Positions 8,644-17,142 of a stretch of DNA of 27,590 nucleotides are shown one piece after another (position 1 is the first letter of the stretch; each line of letters begins with the position of its first letter). The position numbers and the translations under genes are program-made. The stretch comes from Clostridia bacterium. Its GTDB lineage: Bacteria; Bacillota; Clostridia; Oscillospirales; CAG-382. The notes below the pieces were generated by a model. It was not told where the DNA came from and did not search any database. It saw nothing but the letters and a program-made list of their open reading frames with translations. The stretch spans positions 1 to 27,590 of the forward strand of contig JAFVXP010000069.1 in the NCBI GenBank assembly GCA_017501055.1. The letters are read 5' to 3'.

Positions 8644-9099
8644 TTAGGATTTTATAATACTAACGTCGGGCGATATGGAGAAGGTGATGTTGTTGTTTTC
8701 CGCAAGGTTGCCCGCAACGGTCACGGAATAGTCAATAAATAGCTTGCCCCCGTCGAACGAGAGGGAATTTTCAAGCTGTTTTGTGCGAACGAGCATTTGT
8801 ATTGGGAAAAGGTCGGTATTGCAAATACAGGAAAGCGATTTTCCGTTTGTGAATACCATGTGTGAATTGATGGGACCCAAACGGTTTATCGAAACGGTCT
8901 CGTTGTCAAAGGTATCTATGATCGTTTTGACAATGCCGTTTTCCTCGGAATATTCAATTCTAAAGCCGTTTTTTGTCGATTTAAGAATACCGCTTACGGA
9001 AAAATCGTCGGAATCCTTATGCTCGTTTCCCGCACCTCGCTTTGATAGGTCAAAGAAGGTACGTTCGCTTTTAACACGTATATCTATGGGGATCTTCAT
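8644..9099 (-). CDS. DUF1934-like protein
   Basis: Beta-rich 151 aa: SINRLGPINSHMVF..G, LFIDYSV..G. Confidence 0.65.
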   Translation of the reverse strand: MKIPIDIRVKSERTFFDLSKRGAGNEHKDSDDFSVSGILKSTKNGFRIEYSEENGIVKTIIDTFDNETVSINRLGPINSHMVFTNGKSLSCICNTDLFPIQMLVRTKQLENSLSFDGGKLFIDYSVTVAGNLAENNNITFSISPDVSIIKS

Positions 9100-9117
9100 T
9101 AATGTTTAAACCTGCTT

Positions 9118-9942
9118 TTAATATTTTTCAATGTCGATATGACTTATATTTCCGTCAAGACCGCCCTTTAAGAACTTTTTTGCGTTCGAAGCAAAAAGGG
9201 AAGCATCGTCGCTTGTGAAATATTCGACCCTTCCGCCCGAATTATTGTCAAGACCAAGAACTACAAGTTCTTCCTTCAATGCGTTTGCGGCAGATTCGCC
9301 CGAGCTTATAAGCTTTGTGTTCGGGAGATGCTTTTGGATAACGTCAAAGAGGAGGGGGTAGTGCGTACAGCCGAGTATTGCCGAATCGGGTTTTAGACGT
9401 GCAACCTCGGATAAATATTCGGAAACGACAGCGTTCGTTGCTTCATCGTCAATGCTCGGATTCCAATATTCAACCAAGGGAACGAACATCGGGCAGGCGA
9501 CGGGGATTATATCGTCAATGCCTTCATTCTTAAGCGCATTTTCAAAAGCCTTGCTTTTTATCGTTGCGCTCGTACCGAGAACGGTAACACGCTTGTTGCC
9601 TTTTTTTGCAACCTCGGAAGCGTCCTTTGCCGCCGAATCGATAACGCCGACAACGGGCAGACCTGTTTCTCTCCTAACGTCTTCAATACAGTTAGAGCTG
9701 ACGGTACCGCAGGCAACCAGAATCGCCTTGACGTTCTTCGAAAGAAGAAATCTTGCGTCCTGAAGTGCAAATTTGCGTATTACCGACGGGGATTTTGTTC
9801 CGTAGGGGATTCTTGCGCTGTCGCCGAAATAGATAATATCCTCGTTCGGCATAAGGTTATGCAGCTCGCTTAACGCAGTAAGACCGCCCAAGCCCGAATC
9901 GAAAACGCCGATAGGGAGCTTTCTTTTATCGGAAGCGTTCAT
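9118..9942 (-). CDS. murI: Glutamate racemase
   Basis: IGVFDSGLGGLT, YFGDSARIPYG, ACGTVS, LGCTHYP. Confidence 0.97.
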   Translation of the reverse strand: MNASDKRKLPIGVFDSGLGGLTALSELHNLMPNEDIIYFGDSARIPYGTKSPSVIRKFALQDARFLLSKNVKAILVACGTVSSNCIEDVRRETGLPVVGVIDSAAKDASEVAKKGNKRVTVLGTSATIKSKAFENALKNEGIDDIIPVACPMFVPLVEYWNPSIDDEATNAVVSEYLSEVARLKPDSAILGCTHYPLLFDVIQKHLPNTKLISSGESAANALKEELVVLGLDNNSGGRVEYFTSDDASLFASNAKKFLKGGLDGNISHIDIEKY

Positions 9943-11000
9943 TATTCAATACCCTCCGCAAGACAGAGGAGCTTTGTGATAAGCTCGGAATATCCGATTC
10001 CGATGCAATCCATAAGCTTGGGATACATGCTTATGGGCGTAAATCCGGGAATGGTGTTAATTTCGTTAAGCATCGGTCCGTTTTCGGTGAGGAAGAAATC
10101 AACTCTCGAAAGACCGCTGCAGCCAAGAGCAGTATATACCTTAACCGCAAGATTACGGATAAGCTCTGCCGTTTTTTCGTCCAAAGGCGCAGGCGCAAGG
10201 CAATCTGCGGCATCGGAAATATATTTTGTTTCAAAATCGTAAAAATCGCTGTTGGGGACAATTTCACCGCAGACCGAAGCAAAGGGCTTTTGGTTACCGC
10301 AAACCGCAACCTCAATTTCACGTCCTATTGTGTTAGGCTCTATAAGGAGCTTTGCATCGTTTGCAAAGGCAAGCTCGATACCCGAACGCAATTCCTCTTG
10401 GTTTTTAGCCTTGGTAATACCAACCGAGCTGCCTGCGTTTGCAGGCTTTACAAAAACGGGATAGCCGTATTTTGCTTCCGATTCCGCAATAAGAGCATCT
10501 TTGTCACAGCCTATCGTTGCGGTTATAAAGGGAACAACGGGAATGTTTGCGGAAGCGCAAACGGTTTTTGTTATAGCTTTATCCATAGAAACCGCAGAAG
10601 AGCAGGTGTTACAGCCAACGTAGGGAACACCCGAAAGCTCCAAAAGACCCTGCATTGTGCCGTCTTCGCCGTTTTTGCCGTGAAGCACGGGGAAGATAAC
10701 GTCAACGGGGATTATCTTAAAGGTTCCGTCTTCGCCGTTGAATTCGATCAAGCCGTGATGTGCCTTGCAGGGGGAAAGCACGGCAGGAGAAAGAAGCTCA
10801 CGGTGCTGATTCCAAACGTGGTTTCTCATTTCATCGGTCGTGCCGTGGAATATCCACCATTTACCGTCCTTCGTAATGCCCACAAGTATGGCATCATAAA
10901 GGTTTTTATCAAGATTTTCGGCAACGTTCGCCGCCGAAACACAGCTAACCTCGTATTCCGACGATTCACCGCCAAAGATTATAGCAACGGTTTTTTTCAT
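9942..11000 (-). CDS. ddl: D-alanine--D-alanine ligase
   Basis: FGGESSEYEVS, FPVLHGKNGEDG, FVKPANAGSSVG, FYDFETKY, NEINTIPGFT; 1-nt overlap with murI start. Confidence 0.96.
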   Translation of the reverse strand: MKKTVAIIFGGESSEYEVSCVSAANVAENLDKNLYDAILVGITKDGKWWIFHGTTDEMRNHVWNQHRELLSPAVLSPCKAHHGLIEFNGEDGTFKIIPVDVIFPVLHGKNGEDGTMQGLLELSGVPYVGCNTCSSAVSMDKAITKTVCASANIPVVPFITATIGCDKDALIAESEAKYGYPVFVKPANAGSSVGITKAKNQEELRSGIELAFANDAKLLIEPNTIGREIEVAVCGNQKPFASVCGEIVPNSDFYDFETKYISDAADCLAPAPLDEKTAELIRNLAVKVYTALGCSGLSRVDFFLTENGPMLNEINTIPGFTPISMYPKLMDCIGIGYSELITKLLCLAEGIE

Positions 11001-11018
11001 AAATAAAGCCTCCGTTTT

Positions 11019-11957
11019 TTAGGATAAGAATAGCAAATTATACAGTGTCCACATAAGAGGTATCGTTACGATACATAAAAGACTTGTTGAAAGAACGATG
11101 TTTGCCGCCGCTTCGGAATCCCCGTTGTGCGTTTCGGAAAGACTTTGTATCATCGCCGCCGCAGGGCAGGAGCAAAGTATGAACGCCGCCGAACGGACCG
11201 TTTGCGAAACGGGAACTATGAAGAAAAGCGCAAGACCGATGAATGGGAAAATTATAAGCTTTGAAACTGCGGCATAGTAAACTCTGGTATCGGAAAAAAT
11301 GCGTTTAAGACTTTTTGCGCCCAAGCGCATACCTATAACCGTCATACAGACAACGGTCGACATTCTTCCAAGCATTTCGATATATTCCGCAAAAAGGTTC
11401 GGGAGTTTGATTCCCAAGACAAAAAGCGGAATTGCAATAACGTATGCAATAGTTGCAGGGTTGGCGACGAGCGATCTTATACTTACGTATTTTTTGTCGC
11501 CCGTGATCATAACCAAGCCGAGAGTCCAAGCGATTATGTTCATCGACATCGAAAACGATGCCGAATATACGAGGACATCGGGGTTGTTGGGGATCAAGTA
11601 TTCCAAAAGGGGAATACCGAGAAATCCCACGTTACCGCAAGCACCTGCAACGGCGCAAATCTTATGTGCCTTGTCTTTTTTTATTTTGTTTTTGAATATG
11701 AACGAATAGAGAATTATTATCGCAACCTGCGCAAAAAGAGTTAATCCGAAAAATATTCCCATATCCGCCAAAAGCCTTGGCGTGCAGTCTGCACCGTTGA
11801 ACGAATATATCGCAAGCGCAGGCTGACACACGTAGAGAAGCATCTTTGCAAAAGCCTTGATGTGCTGTTCGCCCAAAGCCTTGGTCTTAACCAATATAAA
11901 ACCCGGAACGCCGTAGGCGATCATCAAAAGGACTTTTAATGCGGTTATCGTAAACAT
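11019..11957 (-). CDS. AEC (auxin efflux carrier) family transporter
   Basis: 312 aa, many TM segments, GNVGFLGIPL, CPAA, AANIVLSTSLLCIVTIPL. Confidence 0.88.
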   Translation of the reverse strand: MFTITALKVLLMIAYGVPGFILVKTKALGEQHIKAFAKMLLYVCQPALAIYSFNGADCTPRLLADMGIFFGLTLFAQVAIIILYSFIFKNKIKKDKAHKICAVAGACGNVGFLGIPLLEYLIPNNPDVLVYSASFSMSMNIIAWTLGLVMITGDKKYVSIRSLVANPATIAYVIAIPLFVLGIKLPNLFAEYIEMLGRMSTVVCMTVIGMRLGAKSLKRIFSDTRVYYAAVSKLIIFPFIGLALFFIVPVSQTVRSAAFILCSCPAAAMIQSLSETHNGDSEAAANIVLSTSLLCIVTIPLMWTLYNLLFLS

Positions 11958-11958
11958 T

Positions 11959-12543
11959 CTATTTCTTGCTCTTTATAATTTCGTCGATAACGCCGTATTC
12001 AAGCGCATCCTCTGCGAACATCCAGTTATCACGCTCGGTGTCACGTTGGATCTCTTCGATAGGCTTTCCGATATTTTCGGAGAGTATCTTGTTTATCCTA
12101 TCCTTGGTTCTGCGTGCAAAGTTGGTTGCGATTATCATATCGCTTGCCTGACCGCCTGCCGTACCGATAACCTGATGAAGCATAACTTCACAGTTTTCAA
12201 GACCGTAACGCTTGCCCTTTGTACCTGCGGCAAGAAGGAATGCACCCATACTGCAAGCCGAACCGACGCAGACCGTTGAAACGTCACACTTTATACTGCG
12301 GATGGTGTCGTATATCGCAAAGCCTGCAGAAACACTTCCGCCGGGGGAGTTTATATAGATGGTAATATCCTTGTCGGGGTCCTGTGCCTCCAAATAGAGA
12401 AGCTGACCGACGATACTGCAAGCGAGGTCGTCCGTGATCTCGTTAAAAAGAAGAATTATTCTGTCCTTAAGAAGCCGGGAGAAAAGGTCGTATCCGTGCT
12501 GTCTTCCGCCTTCGTTTTCGATAAATGTGGGGTTGGCTATCAT
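11959..12543 (-). CDS. clpP: ATP-dependent Clp protease proteolytic subunit (divergent)
   Basis: SRLLKDRII, YINSPGGSV, triad Ser (CSMG), His (MLHQ), Asp (ERDNW); SD GGAGG. Confidence 0.92.
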   Translation of the reverse strand: MIANPTFIENEGGRQHGYDLFSRLLKDRIILLFNEITDDLACSIVGQLLYLEAQDPDKDITIYINSPGGSVSAGFAIYDTIRSIKCDVSTVCVGSACSMGAFLLAAGTKGKRYGLENCEVMLHQVIGTAGGQASDMIIATNFARRTKDRINKILSENIGKPIEEIQRDTERDNWMFAEDALEYGVIDEIIKSKK

Positions 12544-12573
12544 GTTATGCCTCCGAAATGCTTATTCCTACAT

Positions 12574-12602
12574 AGTTTATCACATTTACAGCCTCTTTTC
12601 AA
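12574..12602 (-). promoter_or_regulatory. sigma-A promoter for clpP run
   Basis: Minus strand TTGAAA-N17-TAAACT with TG extension. Confidence 0.6.
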
Positions 12603-12658
12603 TAGCAATTTACGTCGTGTTATGTTAAATAAATACTAATATTTGCGAAAAATCGGGT

Positions 12659-12687
12659 TTGACATATCGGATAGAATTGGTTATAAT
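12659..12687 (+). promoter_or_regulatory. Consensus sigma-A promoter
   Basis: TTGACA(12659-64)-N17-TATAAT(12682-87); SD GGAGG before ATG 12719. Confidence 0.88.
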
Positions 12688-12718
12688 CTTTTTATCAAAA
12701 ACAGGGAGGTGAACGGAA

Positions 12719-14476
12719 ATGCCCTTGCTTCTTTCTCCGGCAGGAACCTTTCCTGCGCTTAAAGCCGCAATCGATGCAGGCGCAGACGAGGTATATCTCG
12801 GCGGAAGTATGTTCAATGCACGTATGAACGCAGATAATTTTGATAAAGAAGGCTTGAAAAAAGCATCAAGACTGTGCAAGAATTCAAACGTCAATATGCA
12901 TATAACGCTTAACACTTTAATATATGACCGAGAATTCAAATCCGTCCTTGAATACGTGGATTTTCTTGCCAACGATATAGATCCCGATGCGCTTATAATT
13001 CAGGACTTCGGTCTTTTGAAGGTCGTGAGAGAAAACTATCCCGATATTCCCGTTCACGCAAGTACGCAGATGCGTATACATTCTCCCGAGGACGCAAAAT
13101 ATCTTAAATCACTCGGCGTTTCCCGTGCCGTGCTTGCAAGAGAATTGCCGATAGAGGATATTTCCGAATTTGTGAAAACGGGATTGGAGACCGAAATTTT
13201 CGTTCACGGTGCAATATGCGTTTCGGAAAGCGGAGGTTGTCTTATGAGCTCTGTCATAGGAAACCGAAGCGGTAACCGCGGCGAATGTGCCCAGCCCTGC
13301 CGTCTGCCGTACAGAACGAAAAACCGTTTTCCGCTGTCGCTTAAGGATATGTGCCTTGCAAACCATATCCCCGAAATCACAAAAAGCGGTGTGACAAGCC
13401 TTAAAATAGAGGGCAGAATGAAAAGTCCCGAATACGTGGGCACGGTAACTTCGGTCTACCGCCGTCTTATCGACGAAAACAGAATTGCAACGGGAAAAGA
13501 GCTTGAATTGCTTGCAAATATTTTCTCACGCTCGGGCTTTACCGACGGCTATTTTGTTTCAAAAATAACTCCCGATATGTTCGGTGTCAGAAGCGAAACG
13601 GACAAACAAAAAAGCAATAAAACAACTTTTAATATCCCAAAAGCCGAAAAAAGAAAAGAAAAAGAAGCAAAACCCGATTCTCTCCCCTTCGTTTTGCCCG
13701 AAAGGGACGAAAGCAAGGTATTGCACCCTGCAAAGCAAAAGGGAGTCGTACTCCGCTTTGAAGGCAGATTGCCAAGCGAAGCTCTCCTTGCAAAATATGC
13801 GGAAAACGTCGCAAGGATCGATATTCCGCTTGATAACTGCACGGACAAACGTTTTTTGCCTTATAAAGAAAAAATATCGGCAGTCTTGCCGAGAACGGTC
13901 TTTCTTAAAGAACGTGAAAAGGTTGCAAAACAGCTTCGAACCGCAAAAGAATTCGGCATAAAGCACGCAACGGTGTCGTCATTGAACCAAATCGACCTCT
14001 GCGAGGGCTTCTGGCTTCACGGTGATTATGCGTTCAATATCGTAAACCGTGAAACGATTGCCTTCTTGGAACGTTATCCCTTCTCGTCGCTTATGATATC
14101 TCCCGAAACCGACGGAAGATTTCCGAAAGGCAGTAAATGCGCTCTTGAATATATAGGCTACGGCAGAACACCGCTTATGTATACAAGAACCTGCATTATA
14201 AAAAATATTGCAGAGTGCAAGCATAAGGAAAAATGCTTTGCCGTTCTCACCGACCGTACGGGTGCAACCTTCCCGATAATAAGCGCACCTAACCATACGA
14301 ATATAATCTATAATTCGCTTGCAGGCTATCGGCTTGACAGAAAAAGCGAATTGAAAAAATCGGGGATCGGATTGATGACCCTTCTTTTCACCGACGAAAG
14401 CGAAAAGAGAATTGATGAGATCATAACCCTTGCCCAAAACGGCGGAAAACCGAATTTTGAATACACAAGAAGATAA
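12719..14476 (+). CDS. U32 'peptidase' family protein, RlhA-like rRNA hydroxylase candidate
   Basis: LLSPAG, GADEVYLG, EIFVHGAICVSESGGCLMS..RSGNRGECAQPCRLPY (Glu plus Cys cluster), KIEGRMKSPEYV; C-terminal extension. Confidence 0.88.
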   Translation: MPLLLSPAGTFPALKAAIDAGADEVYLGGSMFNARMNADNFDKEGLKKASRLCKNSNVNMHITLNTLIYDREFKSVLEYVDFLANDIDPDALIIQDFGLLKVVRENYPDIPVHASTQMRIHSPEDAKYLKSLGVSRAVLARELPIEDISEFVKTGLETEIFVHGAICVSESGGCLMSSVIGNRSGNRGECAQPCRLPYRTKNRFPLSLKDMCLANHIPEITKSGVTSLKIEGRMKSPEYVGTVTSVYRRLIDENRIATGKELELLANIFSRSGFTDGYFVSKITPDMFGVRSETDKQKSNKTTFNIPKAEKRKEKEAKPDSLPFVLPERDESKVLHPAKQKGVVLRFEGRLPSEALLAKYAENVARIDIPLDNCTDKRFLPYKEKISAVLPRTVFLKEREKVAKQLRTAKEFGIKHATVSSLNQIDLCEGFWLHGDYAFNIVNRETIAFLERYPFSSLMISPETDGRFPKGSKCALEYIGYGRTPLMYTRTCIIKNIAECKHKEKCFAVLTDRTGATFPIISAPNHTNIIYNSLAGYRLDRKSELKKSGIGLMTLLFTDESEKRIDEIITLAQNGGKPNFEYTRR

Positions 14477-14517
14477 ATCACCCCGCAAAACACACGGTTT
14501 TGCGGGGACCCCGACAA
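14477..14517 (+). repeat. REP-like palindromic unit
   Basis: ATCACCCCGCAAAACACACGGTTTTGCGGGGACCCCGACAA, a single-mismatch copy of the 1771 unit with a perfect 11-bp stem; abuts stop codon TAA 14474-76. Confidence 0.92.
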
Positions 14518-14547
14518 AGAAGCCAACCGTGAGTTGGCTTCTTTTTT
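14516..14547 (+). terminator. Intrinsic terminator
   Basis: AAAGAAGCCAAC-cgtga-GTTGGCTTCTTT followed by T-run. Confidence 0.85.
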
Positions 14548-14583
14548 AAGTAAGAGGTAATGGGGAAGAAGTAAGAAGTAAGG

Positions 14584-14613
14584 AAAAAAACGGCATCTTT
14601 GCGATGCCGTTTT
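14584..14613 (-). terminator. Intrinsic terminator for cohesin-like gene
   Basis: AAAACGGCATC-tttgc-GATGCCGTTTT with A7 on the left (U-tract on the minus strand). Confidence 0.8.
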
Positions 14614-14670
14614 ATACTTTTTGTTATTTTCTTTCAAGCACGTAAAGAACGAGTTTATCTTCGCTCTGAA

Positions 14671-15690
14671 TTATTCAAACCAGCCTGTGCCGGGATATAC
14701 AACGTTGTCACCGGGTCTGCTTCCGACAGAGGGGAAGAGAATGTCGTGAACGTAGTTGTAGCTTCTAACGTAGGTGTTATCAGCAAGAATGGTTTCGCTT
14801 GCGGTGGAAAGGTATGCACGGTAGCTTACTTCCTTGTCCATTTCATCAGCGGGAATGTTTGTAAAGGTTACGTAGAATACAAAGCTGGAATAATCGGCAT
14901 AAGTATAATCTTCAACTGCGGAATCGATAGTTGCGGTAACCTTCTTTGCACCGGATGTGGTTGCGGTAAGCTCGTTGTTGCCGAGAGCTTCGGTATCGCA
15001 GTAGATGATACCAACGTCGGTGATTTCGTCTTTGGAAATGTCTGCGAGATATGCAGCATCATATCTTGCGCCGATTCTAAGCGCAGGAGTGTTGGTGTTG
15101 ATCTTCGCACCGATGTTGGAAACAGGGTTTGCGGGAGCTTTAACGGTAACGCTGTAGTTTGTAGCGGTGCCGGTCAAAGCGGTAGCCATATCGGTTGCAT
15201 CGTATGCAACGAGGTTTGCAACGGAAACGGTGAGGTTTCTTCCCGATGCTGCAGCAGAAACGGTGAAGGGGAGAGAGAAGGAAAGGGTATCGCCGTTGCT
15301 GATAGCAGAATTGGAAACAGCCGAACCGGTGTAACCGGTGTCCTTAGGCATAACAAAGCAGTAGATGCTGCCGTCGCTGAAGGAGAAGAGGTGTTCCCAG
15401 CTCATATCGGAAGGGGTGGTGATGAAACGGGAAGAGTCGGTGGATTCGCCCTGATCGTAGATGGGTTCAAGATAGTCGCTGTTGTAGGTAAGGTCAAATT
15501 CGACGGCAGCAAGGTTTTTACCTGCGGTAACACCGTTAACGGTAACGATGATGTCGATTCTGTCGCCTGCGGTTACGGAAGCAAGGTCGCTTCCAACGCT
15601 GATAGAGAAGCTTGAAGCCGCAGAAACGGGAACTATTGCCATAACAGCAAGAAGCGCCGCAACGAGCAACACGGAAAGAAGTTTCTTCAT
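14671..15690 (-). CDS. Secreted protein with N-terminal cohesin-like domain and uncharacterised C-terminal domain
   Basis: Start revised to ATG 15690 (SD GGAGG at 15699-703, promoter upstream). Signal peptide MKKLLSVLLVAALLAVMAIVPVSA; cohesin-like VTAGDRIDIIVTV..LAAVEFDLTYNSDYLEP; 339 aa. Confidence 0.75.
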   Translation of the reverse strand: MKKLLSVLLVAALLAVMAIVPVSAASSFSISVGSDLASVTAGDRIDIIVTVNGVTAGKNLAAVEFDLTYNSDYLEPIYDQGESTDSSRFITTPSDMSWEHLFSFSDGSIYCFVMPKDTGYTGSAVSNSAISNGDTLSFSLPFTVSAAASGRNLTVSVANLVAYDATDMATALTGTATNYSVTVKAPANPVSNIGAKINTNTPALRIGARYDAAYLADISKDEITDVGIIYCDTEALGNNELTATTSGAKKVTATIDSAVEDYTYADYSSFVFYVTFTNIPADEMDKEVSYRAYLSTASETILADNTYVRSYNYVHDILFPSVGSRPGDNVVYPGTGWFE

Positions 15691-15733
15691 AATAATATCC
15701 TCCAAATTAATTTTCAAAAACATATGCACAATA

Positions 15734-15762
15734 ATCATACCATGATATCCCCTCGGTGTCAA
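15734..15762 (-). promoter_or_regulatory. sigma-A promoter
   Basis: Minus strand TTGACA-N17-TATGAT with TG extension. Confidence 0.8.
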
Positions 15763-15863
15763 CAGTTTTTTGGGTAAATATTGTGGAAAATGATATATTT
15801 TTAGTCTTATTATGAAATATATTTAGTTGAATTGTGCATTTTGACGAAGAGTAAACAAAAAAA

Positions 15864-15895
15864 CAAAAGCGAAGCAGAACAATGCTCCGCTTTTG
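15864..15895 (-). terminator. Intrinsic terminator for tmcAL
   Basis: Minus strand CAAAAGCGGAGCA-ttgttc-TGCTTCGCTTTTG followed by a U-rich tract. Confidence 0.75.
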
Positions 15896-15909
15896 CGGAA
15901 AAACGTTGA

Positions 15910-17067
15910 TTATTTAGTAATTGCAGGGGTTTTGCCCTCGTCGGAAGGTGTTGGAACGGGGGAGGAAAGCGAAACGACGTCCTCGATTTTTTTCGAAAAC
16001 AGGAAAGCTTCTTTCGTCATATTGCCAAGCGACAGCGCATGAACGGGTTTTGTTATAATATCAATGCTTTTTTCGTTTTTTACGGCTTTTAAGATCTCTC
16101 TGCCCTTGCCGTTTGCGGCAAGGACCTGGGTATAGCACGGGTCTTGCTTCATTCTGTCGGTGGTTATTCCGAAAACCAAAGCAATAACGGCACGGCGGAC
16201 TCTTGCCGAGGTATAGATCTTGTCGGTACAAGCGGCGACCAACGCATCGAACGAAGAGACCTTGACACAAGCCGAAAGGATCTTTTGTATTAACCCTTCG
16301 GGAGAGGAATAGATATTTTGCGGAACCTTACCCTCGTGTGCGATATTCCTTAAAGTTCCGATAAAGAAGGAATCGAGCTTCGACATATCTCTCGGAAAAT
16401 CGGACAGATACACGCTTTCAAAGACCTCTCTGCTCTTTTCGGGAATAAGGGAAAGCATCTTTTCTCCGTCATTGGTTGCTCGAATTGCGGAGGAAGAGCT
16501 AAAGCCTTGCTCTCTTCGAACGGCAAAAGGCTTTGTTTTTCTGCCCGAAAGCGAGGAAATGTATTCGTTTGCAAGGATATTGTTCGGTTTTTTTACCGCT
16601 TTTGCGTATTCTTCACCGAGAAACTCGGATATTGCCGATGAAAAAGCGTTCGGATAGGAAATGTTTTTGTTTTCTGCGATAATACGGGAAACAGCTTCGG
16701 AAAACTCTTTTTTCGACGCAATTTCACGGATCTTCATCAAGGTTTCGATATCGTCTTCTGCGCCGAAGGCAAGATAATCACTGCCGATAGCTTCTGCTAT
16801 AAACACGCCTGCTCTTGCAAAATCCGATGCCGATGCACAGCAATAGGGAAGAGGAAGCTCGAGAACAAGGTCTGCACCGCAATTAAGTGCTGCTGTTGCA
16901 CGGATATACTTGTCGGAAACGGCAAAAGTACCCCTTTGCACGACGTTTCCGCTCATAATGCATACAACTTTGTCAAACTCTTTTTTAAGCTGTTGTATCT
17001 GGTATTCGTGGCCGTAATGAAACGGGTTGTATTCACATATAACCGAAACGAAAGGTTGTGTGTCCAT
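15910..17067 (-). CDS. tmcAL: tRNA(Met) cytidine acetate ligase (HIGH nucleotidyltransferase)
   Basis: VICEYNPFHYGH, IMSGNVVQRG, GADLVLELP, PNNILANEY, SSSAIR, YTSARVRR; divergent from ackA. Confidence 0.88.
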   Translation of the reverse strand: MDTQPFVSVICEYNPFHYGHEYQIQQLKKEFDKVVCIMSGNVVQRGTFAVSDKYIRATAALNCGADLVLELPLPYCCASASDFARAGVFIAEAIGSDYLAFGAEDDIETLMKIREIASKKEFSEAVSRIIAENKNISYPNAFSSAISEFLGEEYAKAVKKPNNILANEYISSLSGRKTKPFAVRREQGFSSSSAIRATNDGEKMLSLIPEKSREVFESVYLSDFPRDMSKLDSFFIGTLRNIAHEGKVPQNIYSSPEGLIQKILSACVKVSSFDALVAACTDKIYTSARVRRAVIALVFGITTDRMKQDPCYTQVLAANGKGREILKAVKNEKSIDIITKPVHALSLGNMTKEAFLFSKKIEDVVSLSSPVPTPSDEGKTPAITK

Positions 17068-17081
17068 TTCCGAAAAATCCC

Positions 17082-17110
17082 TTGCAATTATAGAATAAAG
17101 GTAGTATAAT
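17082..17110 (+). promoter_or_regulatory. sigma-A promoter for ackA
   Basis: TTGCAA(17082-87)-N17-TATAAT(17105-10). Confidence 0.75.
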
Positions 17111-17131
17111 GTAAAAAAAAATAAAAGTCAA
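17103..17131 (-). promoter_or_regulatory. sigma-A promoter for tmcAL
   Basis: Minus strand TTGACT(17131-26)-N17-TATACT(17108-03). Confidence 0.72.
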
Positions 17132-17142
17132 GTGAGGTAACT

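Noticed and set aside
10200-10260. D-Ala-D-Lac/Ser (vancomycin-resistance) ligase
   Set aside because: Omega loop FYDFETKY keeps the Lys-Tyr typical of D-Ala-D-Ala ligases; no van genes nearby.
14599-15615. Long antisense ORF (338 aa); likewise 17128-18423 (-), 23884-24996 (+) and 10290-11006 (+)
   Set aside because: Shadows of strongly codon-biased genes on the opposite strand; no SD or recognisable motifs.
15691-15762. N-terminal extension of the cohesin-like ORF in the track
   Set aside because: The promoter lies within it; SD and signal peptide point to ATG 15690.
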